The notes below the pieces were generated by a model that worked only from the letters and a program-made list of their open reading frames with translations, did not search any database and was not told the DNA's origin. DNA of 64,000 nt from Candidatus Poribacteria bacterium. GTDB taxonomy: Bacteria > Poribacteria > WGA-4E > WGA-3G. Made by a program: the position numbers and the translations under genes. Below are positions 28,669 to 38,608 of the stretch, piece after piece. The first letter of the stretch is position 1. Each line of letters opens with the position of its first letter. The stretch covers positions 3,008,001 to 3,072,000 of the forward strand of contig OZ251518.1 in NCBI GenBank assembly GCA_965242965.1, in the 5' to 3' direction.

Positions 28669-29184
28669 CTATAGCCGCCCTTCAAATTTCCGTTTGATAA
28701 ACGCCACCACAATCGGCGGCACCATCTCCAGCAGTTTTTCTTCGCTGACCTTTCCCTGTCCCATCTCCACGACTTCCATCACGAGAGTGGAGCTGATATG
28801 CGCATATTGCGTATTCGCCATCATAAAGAGGGTATCAATATCCGGAGCGATGTTCTGATTCATGCGCGCCATCTTGAATTCCCATTCAAAGTCGGAGACT
28901 TCGCGTAACCCGCGGATGATTGCGCAAGCCCCGCGTGTCTGTGCGTAATGCGCCGTGAGCCCGGTATACCGGTCGAGTTCGGCTTGCGGGTAGGGTTGAA
29001 TGACGGCTTCTAACATCTGAATGCGTTCTTCCAGCGTGAAGCGTGCCGGCTTCGCCGGGTTGATGCCGATGGCAACGATGAGCCGGTCGAAAACGCTAAG
29101 GCTGCAGATTCTGTTGATGAGGTCTGCGTGTCCGTTGGTAACGGGATCGAAGCTGGCAGGGAAGATAGCGATATTTTTTGGCAT
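28669..29184 (-). CDS. coaD: Phosphopantetheine adenylyltransferase
   Basis: AIFPASFDPVTNGH.D, IIRGLREVSDFEWE, ISSTLV. Confidence 0.93.
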   Translation of the reverse strand: MPKNIAIFPASFDPVTNGHADLINRICSLSVFDRLIVAIGINPAKPARFTLEERIQMLEAVIQPYPQAELDRYTGLTAHYAQTRGACAIIRGLREVSDFEWEFKMARMNQNIAPDIDTLFMMANTQYAHISSTLVMEVVEMGQGKVSEEKLLEMVPPIVVAFIKRKFEGRL

Positions 29185-29196
29185 GTTCTTTCCTTT

Positions 29197-29805
29197 TTAG
29201 GCAACCTCAGTTTCTTGTCTGAGTCGGGCTATTGTGCGGCTGAGACTCGGTGATCTGGAAGCGGCTCGTTCTATATCCCACTGCGTTAAAACAAATTCTC
29301 TCAGCAGGTTGTTATATGCACCCCCGGTCTTTAGGGTTTTCGTAATCCGTTTGGGAACGAGTGCTTCTCGCAATCGGCGATTTTGACTTCTTCGTGCGAG
29401 CGAGACGAGGAATTCTTTCGGATTGGGTATCTCATCGGTGTTGAACGGAATTCGATGTCTGGGGATAGACAAAAATTCCGCGAAGGCACGCCGGTCTGCC
29501 ATTACCCAAGATTCAACTTCCATGACTGCGACGCGCAGGAGGAATCTTGGGTTTCGGGGTGAATTCAGCCAAGAGGCAATGAGCCTCGGCGGGCAAAGAT
29601 TGGGCGAATCCAAATCTGTCAACATAAACACACCGCATGCCTCGTGGGCGGCTTGGTTAAAGCCTCGCGCCTTTCGTTGCAGATAGGTTTGTCCTTCATA
29701 GATGACGCTTTGGACTATGTCGATGCCAAAATGCGACAGGAGTTTCGTCGAAACGGCATCGCTTAAGAGATCCTCGGTGACAAGGATGACGCTAGTTAGT
29801 CCCAT
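29197..29805 (-). CDS. DUF4276-like (TOPRIM-like) partner protein
   Basis: VTED..S, LTDLD...CPP, RVAVMEVESW.MADR, SPSL.R. Overlaps the upstream ATPase gene. Confidence 0.7.
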   Translation of the reverse strand: MGLTSVILVTEDLLSDAVSTKLLSHFGIDIVQSVIYEGQTYLQRKARGFNQAAHEACGVFMLTDLDSPNLCPPRLIASWLNSPRNPRFLLRVAVMEVESWVMADRRAFAEFLSIPRHRIPFNTDEIPNPKEFLVSLARRSQNRRLREALVPKRITKTLKTGGAYNNLLREFVLTQWDIERAASRSPSLSRTIARLRQETEVA

Positions 29806-30923
29806 CCTAATAAACTCAGCCTGTGTGCATGTTGAGGGCCGGCACCAGAAAGCAACACTTCCCCTGCCGTAAAACCCGCCTGAAGAAGTCGCTGCACGTG
29901 CGTAATATCCGAGGCAAGCTCGGCTTTCGTTTCAGCCTTTGTCGGTGTTAACACCAGCACCTCCGTACCGACAATCCCCTGTTCTGCGAGGAGAGAAGTG
30001 CTATGGGTGGTGACGAAAACCTGTTGCTGTTGATATAGCCGCGTCCCGGCAATCAGCGTCGCGAATTGAGAGACGATGCCCGGCGTAAAAGAAAATTCCG
30101 GTTCCTCCAATAAAATCACCGAGTCTGCCTCAAAGAGGGACCAGAACAAGGCGATGAGCCGCAGCGTTCCATCTGAAAACTGGTCTTCGCGATGCCATGC
30201 CGCCTCCGGCGGCCAGTCAGCATAACGCGCCTGCAAATGCGGATGTCCTGTCTGTTCATCACGGATAAAGGCCAGCCTCTCAAATCGCGGCACGGCTATC
30301 TGAAGAGCCGATTCAATCTTTTCAAGGCGGGCACAGCGAGTCGGTTCAGGAACACTCGCGATTTTCTCTAGAAACCGCTGGCCAAAAGGGTCATCTTCGA
30401 TAACTTCGTCCTGAAGCGGACCTGGAAACCGTAAAAATTGCGGCACCAGATGGAGGTAGGTAACGTTTCCGAGGAATCGGACGAACTCGCCACACTCGTC
30501 GCACGCCGCTGGATTTTCAAGAAAACTCTGCGTGGCGTGCAATGCATCGGAACGTTCTCGGAGTAACTTCTCTTTTTTCCAGAGGCACTCGTGCGTGATA
30601 GAGGGTTCAGAATGGCCACAGAATCCTAAACGATACCGCCACTTTTCGGGCGCGCTGGGGGATGCGGCGACGCGAATTTCAATTACGACTTCGGCATCGC
30701 GAGGCGCGGATACATGCCGTAACTTCGCAACACCACCTCGCATGCTGACGGCTTTCTGAAAGCCACCACCCGGTTTGGCAATGTCGCGAAGGAAGCGAAA
30801 AATATCCAGCAGATTTGATTTGCCCGATGCGTTCGGACCGATGATAAACTGCCGCGTCTGCAATTCTACATCAATATGTTGAAAATTCCGCCAATTTTTG
30901 ACGATAAGCCGATGGATGAGCAT
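29796..30923 (-). CDS. ABC/SMC-type AAA ATPase (AAA_21/RecF-like)
   Basis: VKNWRNF, Walker A GPNASGKS, signature SDGT, Walker B ILLEEPE, switch VFVTTHS. Confidence 0.85.
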   Translation of the reverse strand: MLIHRLIVKNWRNFQHIDVELQTRQFIIGPNASGKSNLLDIFRFLRDIAKPGGGFQKAVSMRGGVAKLRHVSAPRDAEVVIEIRVAASPSAPEKWRYRLGFCGHSEPSITHECLWKKEKLLRERSDALHATQSFLENPAACDECGEFVRFLGNVTYLHLVPQFLRFPGPLQDEVIEDDPFGQRFLEKIASVPEPTRCARLEKIESALQIAVPRFERLAFIRDEQTGHPHLQARYADWPPEAAWHREDQFSDGTLRLIALFWSLFEADSVILLEEPEFSFTPGIVSQFATLIAGTRLYQQQQVFVTTHSTSLLAEQGIVGTEVLVLTPTKAETKAELASDITHVQRLLQAGFTAGEVLLSGAGPQHAHRLSLLGWD

Positions 30924-31136
30924 TGCGAGTCCTCTTGATTTAGTGCTTTTAAGATATGATACCACAAAACAAATCGTAATGCAAGGTTTTTGTGTTTTCC
31001 CGTAGAACCGTTCAGTTTTCGATGTGCGCATCAAAACCGAAAACTAAATAGTCCTGTTGGAGAAAAAATCCCTTGTATTTTAAATGCATATTCTGCTAAA
31101 ATAGTGCTACTACATATTAGGGAGGAAAACTAGCGA

Positions 31137-31766
31137 ATGGGAAAGATTAATACCCTCGTCTTCGCAGGCGGGGCGATTCACGATTGGAAAGGGTGCAGTG
31201 ACGCTATCGTGAACTCGCTCTCACAGCGAGACGAATTTGAAATTACCCGAGTTGAGGAAGACTTAGACGCACTGGTTGCGCCGAACTTGGACCCTTATGA
31301 GCTCGTCGTTTTTTATTACACGATAGGCGAGATTTCGGATGCACAGAAGAACGGCTTGCTCAACCACATCGCTTCGGGCAAAGGCTACGTCGGCGTGCAT
31401 TCGGCGGCGGATTCGTTCCGCGGGTGTCCGGAGTATCGTTCCATGGTAGGCGGCTATTTCGTGACGCATCCGCGCTACCGTGACTACCAGGTCAGCATTG
31501 TGGATACCGAGCATGAAATCACGAAGGGACTGGACGAGTTCGTCGTGACGGATGAGCAGTATATCCTCGATTACGACCGGCGTAACCATGTCCTCGCCTC
31601 GGCTTTGTGGAAAGGCGACGCGGTGCCGGTTGCTTGGACGAAGAATTGGGGCGAAGGGCGCGTCTTCTATCTGGCACTGGGGCACGATGCCGCGGCGTGT
31701 CAGCATGACATGTTCGGAACGCTTCTGCAGCGGGGTGCTATCTGGGCAGGCAGCGGCTCGGCATAA
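31137..31766 (+). CDS. ThuA-like (trehalose utilisation/GATase-like) domain protein
   Basis: HDW, GKGYVGVHSAADSF, GGYFVTHP, DEQY, PVAWTK.WG.GRVFYLALGHD. Confidence 0.85.
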   Translation: MGKINTLVFAGGAIHDWKGCSDAIVNSLSQRDEFEITRVEEDLDALVAPNLDPYELVVFYYTIGEISDAQKNGLLNHIASGKGYVGVHSAADSFRGCPEYRSMVGGYFVTHPRYRDYQVSIVDTEHEITKGLDEFVVTDEQYILDYDRRNHVLASALWKGDAVPVAWTKNWGEGRVFYLALGHDAAACQHDMFGTLLQRGAIWAGSGSA

Positions 31767-31827
31767 TCCGTTCTGGTTCGCGCCTGCCATCGGTGGGCGC
31801 GACGCACCGATAACGAGGGCCGATGCC

Positions 31828-32469
31828 ATGAAACAGACAATCACCGATATACGGGTGCTTCAGAAACCGCCCGCGCATTGCGAGCTCTTTCTGGACGGTA
31901 AACCGTTTGTCGTTGTTCATGTCGAGTTGATTGTCAAGTTTGGGTTGCGCGTCGGCTTAGCTATTGAGGCACAGGTTATTGAGAAGTTAATCGCCGCGGA
32001 CGAAGTGATGCGCGCCAAGAACAGCGCGATAGCACTCCTCCGCGAGCAAGAAGAGGCACCTCGTCCGCGCAGCAAACGGGATGTCGCGCAGCAATTGGAA
32101 AGGGAAGGGTTTGACGCGCACGCCGTTGAAACTGCAATCGCGGAATTGATACGTTCCGGGCATATCCGCGACCGGAAGTTCGCCGAGAATTGGGTGCGCC
32201 GCCGACAAAAATCAAATCCGCGCGGGAAAACTGTGCTGAAACGTGAACTTGTCGACAAAGGCATCGACACAGAAACCGCCGAGATGGTTTTGGCTGAGGT
32301 TGAAACCGAAGCGGAAGCGGAACTTGCACTGCAACTGGCGCGCAAACGGGCAAAACACTATCAACGGCTGCCGGTTCCAACGGCGAAGCGGCGTTTATAC
32401 GGATTTTTGGCGCGCCGCGGGTTCGGCTCGGAAACCATCCGACAGGTGCTTGAACAGGTTTTTGAATAG
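31828..32469 (+). CDS. recX: Regulatory protein RecX
   Basis: LFLDG.P; RS..DV.Q.L; D..FAENWVR.R; RG...LKREL..KGI; L.GFLARRGF. Lies upstream of alaS, as commonly seen. Confidence 0.85.
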   Translation: MKQTITDIRVLQKPPAHCELFLDGKPFVVVHVELIVKFGLRVGLAIEAQVIEKLIAADEVMRAKNSAIALLREQEEAPRPRSKRDVAQQLEREGFDAHAVETAIAELIRSGHIRDRKFAENWVRRRQKSNPRGKTVLKRELVDKGIDTETAEMVLAEVETEAEAELALQLARKRAKHYQRLPVPTAKRRLYGFLARRGFGSETIRQVLEQVFE

Positions 32470-32484
32470 GCACAAAAAATTCGC

Positions 32485-32514
32485 TTGACATGCAACGCCA
32501 TTTCGTGGTAAACT
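32485..32514 (+). promoter_or_regulatory. Putative sigma70 promoter upstream of a REP array
   Basis: TTGACA-18-TAAACT with TG. Confidence 0.4.
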
Positions 32515-32596
32515 ATTCGTGCGTGGGAGAAACCTCAACGTTCGCTGCAAAAAGTCCAGAACGTTTCAGTTTTTGGTGAGAACGTCATTTTCGCCG

Positions 32597-32858
32597 TTAG
32601 GCGGGACATCCCTGTCCTACAGTAGGAAGGACATCCTTGTCCCGATAGCGTTACAGTAGGAGGAACATCCTTGTCCCGATACCGCGCAGTAGGCGGGACA
32701 TCTTTGTCCCGACATTGACAAGAAATCGAGACCGGGAGGTCTCTCCTACCTGATAGTGCGTGCAGTAGGCGGGACATCCTTGTCCCGATACCCCAATTAT
32801 CGAGACCGGGAGGTCTCTCCTACCGGAAACATCAAGACCGCGGAGGGCTCTCCTACTG
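32597..32858. repeat. Array of GGGACATCCTTGTCCC and GAGACC..GGTCTC hairpins
   Basis: Same two families as at 25523-25948. Confidence 0.9.
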
Positions 32859-32897
32859 GGGAGAATTGAATTGCTCGGGGGAAAAACCGTTTTTGGC

Positions 32898-32926
32898 TTG
32901 ACAATTCTGCGAAAATAAGATATAAT
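32898..32926 (+). promoter_or_regulatory. Consensus sigma70 promoter of alaS
   Basis: Perfect TTGACA-17-TATAAT. Confidence 0.7.
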
Positions 32927-32970
32927 GTATGAAATACCGAGCGCAGCCGAAAGTGAGGCATACGGAAAAC

Positions 32971-35628
32971 ATGACATCAGATGAGATCAGAGCCAGTTTT
33001 TTAGCATACTTCCGCAAGCAGGGGCATACCGTCGTCCCGAGTGCATCGCTCGTTCCCGCGGGTGACGAGACGCTGCTGTTTACTAATGCCGGTATGAACC
33101 AGTTCAAGGAGGTGTTCCTCGGCATTGGGCAGCGCGAGTATACACGCGCCGTGGATACGCAGAAATGCATGCGCGTCAGCGGAAAACACAATGACCTCGA
33201 GGAAGTCGGGCACTCGCCAAGCCACCACACTTTCTTTGAGATGCTAGGAAACTGGTCCTTCGGCGATTATTACAAGCAGGCGGCGATCGCCTTCGCATGG
33301 GAATTGGTGACTGAACTCTGGCGCATTCCCAAGGAACGCATCTGGGCAACGGTGTATGTGGACGATGACGAGGCGGAGAGATTCTGGCTTCAAGAGACAG
33401 ACTTGCCGCTCGCACGCATCCGCCGCTGTGACAAGGATAACTTCTGGGAGATGGGTGAGACAGGGCCTTGTGGTCCGTGCAGCGAACTTTTCATCGACCT
33501 GGGTGTAGACGCTTACCCGGAAACAGCGGACGACCCGGGCGCGGGCCCGAACACCAGCGACAGGTTTCTCGAATTCTGGAATCTCGTCTTCATCCAATAC
33601 AATCGTGATGAAAGCGGCGCGCTGACACCGCTACCGGCTATGCACGTTGACACCGGGATGGGTTTTGAGCGGATTGCCTCTATTTTGCAAGGGGTGGATT
33701 CCAACTACAAAACCGATCTGTTTACGCCGCTCCTCGGCACAATTTCGGATATGACAGATGCCGCCTATTTTGATGACGAACGTGGGCTACCACACCGCGT
33801 CATCGCGGACCACGTCCGATGTCTAACGTTCGCCATCGGCGACGGTGTCATGCCTTCTAATGAAGGGCGCGGCTATGTCATTCGTCGGATTTTGCGGCGC
33901 GCCGTGCTTTACGGGAAAAAGTTGGCGATGAACGAGGCGTTCATCTATCGCCTTGTTGATAAAGTGATTGAACTGCTCGGCGATGTGTTCCCCGATGTCC
34001 AACCGCGGCGCGAGTTTATCAAGCGCACGATTCAAGCGGAAGAGAGTCGTTTCCATCAAACGCTTGAGCGCGGCTTGGAGATGCTGGCGAGTTCCTTTGA
34101 TGCGCTCGCAGCGCAGGGCGGCACGCAACTTGAGGGCAAGCGCGCCTTTGAACTCTACGACACGTTCGGCTTCCCGTTAGATTTGACACAGATGCTTGCG
34201 CGCGAACGCGGTTTTGCCGTTGATGCGCCTGGGTTTGAGCGCAGCATGGAAGCACAGCGAGAACGCGGCCGCGCCGCTTGGCACGCGAAAGGCGGCGGTG
34301 CGAGAGACGAGGAGATTGCTGTTTACGCCGAAGTCCTCAAAGAACACGGCGAAACCGAATTTGTCGGCTACGCACACGACAACGCCGAGGCGGAAATTGT
34401 CGCCTTGATTGCCGGCACCGAATCGGTGGGCGGCGCGCAGGAAGGAGACGAAGTCTCCGTGCTGTTTAACCGCACGCCTTTCTACGGCGAATCCGGCGGG
34501 CAGGTAGGCGATGTCGGAACGATTGAGGGCCCGAACGCGAAATTGGAAGTGTTGGATACTATCAAACCATCGGCAGCTCTGGTTGTGCATCAGTGCCGGG
34601 TGCTGGAAGGCGAGATTACGCCGTTCACCACCGTGCGTGCACAGATTGATGTCCCGCGCCGCAAAGCCGTCGCGGTGAGTCACACGGCGACGCATATTCT
34701 GCACAGCGGGTTGCGCAGGGTGCTCGGCACGCATGTCGGGCAAGCCGGTTCACTCGTTGAGGCAGGCAGACTGCGGTTTGACTTTTCGCACTACGAAGCA
34801 GTCTCCCCGGAACAACTGCGTGAAATTGAGGGTTTTGTCAATGAGAAAATTCGTGAGAATGACACGCTCTCTGTCGCAGAGATGCCTTTAGCTGCGGCGA
34901 AGGCGCGCGGCGCGCTTGCTTTCTTCGGCGATAAATATGGCGACACCGTCCGCGTCGTGCAAGCCGGGGAGTATAGCGTGGAGTTATGCGGCGGCACGCA
35001 TGTCGATGCCACCGGGGAACTCGGGTTCGTGAAACTGATGAGCGAGAGCAGTATCGCTGCGGGCGTTCGCCGCGTTGAGGCGTTGACAGGCGGTGCAGCG
35101 GCAACCGCTATCCAAGATGATGACGCGCTGCTGGCTAGCATCGCGAATGTGCTGAAGACTCCTAAAGCTGCCTTGCCTGAGCGTGTTGAACGACTCCTGC
35201 AGGAACAGCGGGAGTTGGAACAGCAGTTCCAGCAGGTGAAAGGGCAGCTCGCGCTCTCGAATATCGGTGCCTTAGTGGCAGATGCAACATCTGTCAACGG
35301 TGTGCAGATTGTCGCCTCGCGGGTGGAAGACACAGACAGGAACGGCTTGCGTCGGCTCGTTGATGAACTCAAAACGCGGCTCAGTTCGGGTGTCGTTGCG
35401 CTTGCTTCAGTGACAAATGGCGAGGTGGCGTTTGTCGTCGGTGTAACCGCTGATCTGGTGAAGCAGCGCGGTTTGCATGCGGGGAAAATCATGAGTGAAA
35501 TCACCCGACTTGCAGATGGGCGCGGTGGCGGCAGACCGGAATTAGCGCAAGGGGGCGGCAAAGACCCGGGTAAAGTGCAGGCGGCGATTGATGCCGCAGA
35601 ACGCATTGTTGCCGAACACCTCTCATAA
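32971..35628 (+). CDS. alaS: Alanine--tRNA ligase
   Basis: TLLFTNAGMNQFK, HHTFFEMLGNWSFGDY, GPCGPCSE, DTGMGFER, editing motifs HTATHILH and ELCGGTHV, GGGRPELAQGG. Confidence 0.98.
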   Translation: MTSDEIRASFLAYFRKQGHTVVPSASLVPAGDETLLFTNAGMNQFKEVFLGIGQREYTRAVDTQKCMRVSGKHNDLEEVGHSPSHHTFFEMLGNWSFGDYYKQAAIAFAWELVTELWRIPKERIWATVYVDDDEAERFWLQETDLPLARIRRCDKDNFWEMGETGPCGPCSELFIDLGVDAYPETADDPGAGPNTSDRFLEFWNLVFIQYNRDESGALTPLPAMHVDTGMGFERIASILQGVDSNYKTDLFTPLLGTISDMTDAAYFDDERGLPHRVIADHVRCLTFAIGDGVMPSNEGRGYVIRRILRRAVLYGKKLAMNEAFIYRLVDKVIELLGDVFPDVQPRREFIKRTIQAEESRFHQTLERGLEMLASSFDALAAQGGTQLEGKRAFELYDTFGFPLDLTQMLARERGFAVDAPGFERSMEAQRERGRAAWHAKGGGARDEEIAVYAEVLKEHGETEFVGYAHDNAEAEIVALIAGTESVGGAQEGDEVSVLFNRTPFYGESGGQVGDVGTIEGPNAKLEVLDTIKPSAALVVHQCRVLEGEITPFTTVRAQIDVPRRKAVAVSHTATHILHSGLRRVLGTHVGQAGSLVEAGRLRFDFSHYEAVSPEQLREIEGFVNEKIRENDTLSVAEMPLAAAKARGALAFFGDKYGDTVRVVQAGEYSVELCGGTHVDATGELGFVKLMSESSIAAGVRRVEALTGGAAATAIQDDDALLASIANVLKTPKAALPERVERLLQEQRELEQQFQQVKGQLALSNIGALVADATSVNGVQIVASRVEDTDRNGLRRLVDELKTRLSSGVVALASVTNGEVAFVVGVTADLVKQRGLHAGKIMSEITRLADGRGGGRPELAQGGGKDPGKVQAAIDAAERIVAEHLS

Positions 35629-35704
35629 AAGTTGTGGGCGCGTCTTCCAAAACGCGCTACTGAATACCGTGCCGTGAGGCACGAACGTATGGATAGGAGA
35701 AGTT

Positions 35705-36250
35705 ATGGACTGGGTGCTGATTGCCTCACTTTTTTGGAAATTCAGCCTAGGGACTTTGCTACTCGCTTTAACAGCACTCGCCGGTTACATGTGCGCGACG
35801 CTCGGCAGCCTCCGAAACTCGCTCAACAGCATCCGGAACACGTTGAATTCCGCGGAGCATATCGTCAATCAAGAACTCGGCGAATTGCTGAGTGACGTGG
35901 ATAAGACGGTGAAAGAAGTGAACAAGGAGCTGCCCGCGCTGCTACAAAATCTCAATGGGTTGACAGCTTCCTTGCAAGGCATTAGCGAAACCGAAATTCA
36001 ACCGACTGCGCACAATATCCAAGAAATGAGTGCCGTGCTGAATCAGAGTCTTCAGGAACTAGAATCGCTGGTGCAAAAAGCGAGTCAGTTTTCGGGTGAG
36101 ACGCTGGAACAGGCGGAGTTTTTCCGCAACCAACTGGCACTCTCATTGGCGGATATTGTGAGTTTGTGGCAAGGTATCAAAGCGGGGTGGGATAACTTCC
36201 GCGCCGCACATTCGCAAGACGCATCGGTGGAGGAGGAACCTGATGGATAA
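35705..36250 (+). CDS. Membrane-anchored coiled-coil protein (DUF948/YoxC-like)
   Basis: N-terminal TM segment followed by a long heptad region. Precedes YtxH-like genes. Confidence 0.6.
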   Translation: MDWVLIASLFWKFSLGTLLLALTALAGYMCATLGSLRNSLNSIRNTLNSAEHIVNQELGELLSDVDKTVKEVNKELPALLQNLNGLTASLQGISETEIQPTAHNIQEMSAVLNQSLQELESLVQKASQFSGETLEQAEFFRNQLALSLADIVSLWQGIKAGWDNFRAAHSQDASVEEEPDG

Positions 36251-36500
36251 CCAAAAGTCTTCGTCTACCGCGGGCGTTTTCGCAATTTTTGTTGTAGGCG
36301 GGCTCATCGGTTCCGCGTTGATGCTGCTCCTTGCACCGGCATCGGGCAAGCGTGCCCGGAAAAGGCTCCGCAAGGCATCGAACCGGCTTCAACGCCGAAC
36401 AGCGAAGAACGCCTACCGAACCACCAAACGCGTGAACAAGTTTGTCCACACGTTTTTGAAAAACATGAACGCTAACTTAAAGGAAAGGAAAAGAAAATGA
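36243..36500 (+). CDS. YtxH-like protein
   Basis: GGLIGSALMLLLAPASGKRARKRL. Confidence 0.75.
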   Translation: MDNQKSSSTAGVFAIFVVGGLIGSALMLLLAPASGKRARKRLRKASNRLQRRTAKNAYRTTKRVNKFVHTFLKNMNANLKERKRK

Positions 36501-36907
36501 GCAACAATGGACAGAACAACGGGCTCTCGATGATATTCGCGTTTTTTACCGGCTTTCTCGCCGGAGCGGTTATCAGCCTGCTTTATGCACCGAGCCCTGG
36601 CAAGGAGGCCCGGAAGAAAATCCGCGATACCTCCGTTGAAGCAAAGAACCGAACCGTCGAATTGGCGCAGCAGGCATCCCACAGCGCGAAGGAAAACGTT
36701 CAGAACCTCGTTGAACAGGGCCGGGATAACGTCCAGGGCCTCGTCACGCAGGGGAAAGAACGGCTTCACGATGCCGGCGAACAAGTAAAGGACGCGGTGG
36801 AAACCGGGCGCAGAGTCTCCTCTGAAGTCCGAACCAAAATCGCGAGCTCCCTCCCCGGTATCAGCGGCACCCAGGAAGCCGACGAAGAAGCATCCGAGGA
36901 AGCGTAA
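36497..36907 (+). CDS. YtxH-like protein
   Basis: GFLAGAVISLLYAPSPGKEARKKI followed by hydrophilic 11-mer-like repeats. Confidence 0.8.
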   Translation: MSNNGQNNGLSMIFAFFTGFLAGAVISLLYAPSPGKEARKKIRDTSVEAKNRTVELAQQASHSAKENVQNLVEQGRDNVQGLVTQGKERLHDAGEQVKDAVETGRRVSSEVRTKIASSLPGISGTQEADEEASEEA

Positions 36908-37074
36908 GGATTGCCGACTTCTGATGTGGCGCGCTTGCATGAGGTTTCGACTTTCAGTAGGAGGGCCCTCCGGGAAGTTTGGCACTTGCTGTCAACTGTT
37001 CTCGATGCATGTGGTATCGGGACAGGGATGTTCCTCCTACTGGCATCGCGCCGCGTGTGGCAATTGGGTATGCA

Positions 37075-37830
37075 ATGGAAGTTGAAAAATTAAAGGCTCT
37101 ACTTGAATCGGTTCAACGCGGAGAGGTTGCAGTGGATGCTGCACTGCGTTCTCTCCGCACGCTACCGTTTGAAGACTTGGGTTTCTCCAAGATCGACCAT
37201 CACCGTCAGCTCCGCACTGGGTTTCCCGAGGTGATTTTCTGTGAGGGCAAGACGAAGGCGCATGTGAAGCAGATTAGCGAACGGATTCTCGCCGCGGGGC
37301 ATCCGCTGCTTGCGACTCGTGCTACGCCGGACATGTATGAGGCGGTGCAGGAGATTTATCCGGAAGCGCGCTATAACGCGCTTGGCCGGACTATCACCGT
37401 CTCGCAATCCGATGAGGAAGGGGCTGCGGGTATTTTAGTGATTTCTGCTGGCACTTCCGATTTGCCGGTGGCTGAAGAAGCGGCAGAAACGGTGCAGATG
37501 ATGGGTAATCGTCCGGAACGGCTTTACGATGTCGGCGTGGCTGGGCTTCACCGGTTGATGGGCAACTATGAAAAACTGCTTGCCGCCCGCGTGATTATCG
37601 TCGTAGCAGGGATGGAAGGCGCGCTGCCGAGCGTCGTCGGCGGATTGGTAGAGAGCCCTGTCATCGCCGTGCCGACGAGCGTCGGTTACGGTGCCAGTTT
37701 CGGTGGGCTCGCCGCGCTGTTAGGGATGCTCAACAGTTGTGCTTCCGGCGTTACCGTCGTTAACATTGACAACGGCTTCGGCGCGGGGTATAGTGCTTCA
37801 CTTATCAATCGGTTAGTTGCGTTGTCCTGA
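37075..37830 (+). CDS. larB: Nickel pincer cofactor biosynthesis protein LarB (PurE-like)
   Basis: DHHRQLRTGFPEVIFCEGKT, AGTSDLPVAEEA, DVGVAGLHRL, AGMEGALPSV, VPTSVGYGA, VVNIDNGFGAG. Confidence 0.92.
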   Translation: MEVEKLKALLESVQRGEVAVDAALRSLRTLPFEDLGFSKIDHHRQLRTGFPEVIFCEGKTKAHVKQISERILAAGHPLLATRATPDMYEAVQEIYPEARYNALGRTITVSQSDEEGAAGILVISAGTSDLPVAEEAAETVQMMGNRPERLYDVGVAGLHRLMGNYEKLLAARVIIVVAGMEGALPSVVGGLVESPVIAVPTSVGYGASFGGLAALLGMLNSCASGVTVVNIDNGFGAGYSASLINRLVALS

Positions 37831-37846
37831 ACAGCGTGCTTTTCTT

Positions 37847-38392
37847 CTACTTCTCTTCTGAACGTTCAACCTTCAACGTAACGGTGGCACTCGCCTGTTC
37901 ATGTTCCACTTTTAAGCGAATGCACTGGGCATTAATGTTGAGGGTGACGACATCAGTTCCAATCTTGCATCGAATTGGGTTTCCTAGGATGTCGGCACCG
38001 GGTTTCCATGTCCCGCCAGCCTCTTGCGCGTATGTAGCGAGCGCGCGCGCCATCGCCTCCGAGCGTGGGCCGTTGGCGTTGAGAATGCGCTGCGCCGCAC
38101 TAGCTGCTGCGTTTGCAGCCGCGGTTAAACGCGCTTGGTGCGTCTGCGCCGGTGCATTGTCATTGTCAACGGTGCTGCTTTTGCGCAAGCCGAAATAGAC
38201 GAGGACTGCGAGGAGTCCGAGAAATCCTGCGGTTATCAACAGGACAGTGCCTTGCAATTCGCGGCGGCGCGTCAGACTCTCAAAATCCTCGCGATGGTGC
38301 GGATAGAAGGCATCGTGCGCGGCGAGCGGTGCAGGCGCGCAGAGCAGCCAGATGCAAATCACAAAAGCGGTTTTGGCGTTTGACGTGAACAT
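37847..38392 (-). CDS. Hypothetical membrane protein
   Basis: Signal-like N-terminus and one TM segment. No recognisable family. Confidence 0.5.
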   Translation of the reverse strand: MFTSNAKTAFVICIWLLCAPAPLAAHDAFYPHHREDFESLTRRRELQGTVLLITAGFLGLLAVLVYFGLRKSSTVDNDNAPAQTHQARLTAAANAAASAAQRILNANGPRSEAMARALATYAQEAGGTWKPGADILGNPIRCKIGTDVVTLNINAQCIRLKVEHEQASATVTLKVERSEEK

Positions 38393-38437
38393 AAACGCAG
38401 TATAACGGAAACGAAGAGAAAAATCAAGGGCACAAAC

Positions 38438-38466
38438 TTGACATGAAATTGCAAATTTGATAGAAT
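38438..38466 (+). promoter_or_regulatory. Putative sigma70 promoter
   Basis: TTGACA-17-TAGAAT with TG, followed by a perfect hairpin ggacgaaaagaca-t-tgtcttttcgtcc. Confidence 0.6.
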
Positions 38467-38608
38467 ACGCATGGCGTTTAAACTTGGACGAAAAGACATT
38501 GTCTTTTCGTCCGGCTAAGTTGAGACTGTTCTGCCAAGGCAATCAAGGCGCACGTCAAACCACGTCAAACCACCGCTAGGAAATACGAAAAATGAAGGAG
38601 GCATACCT

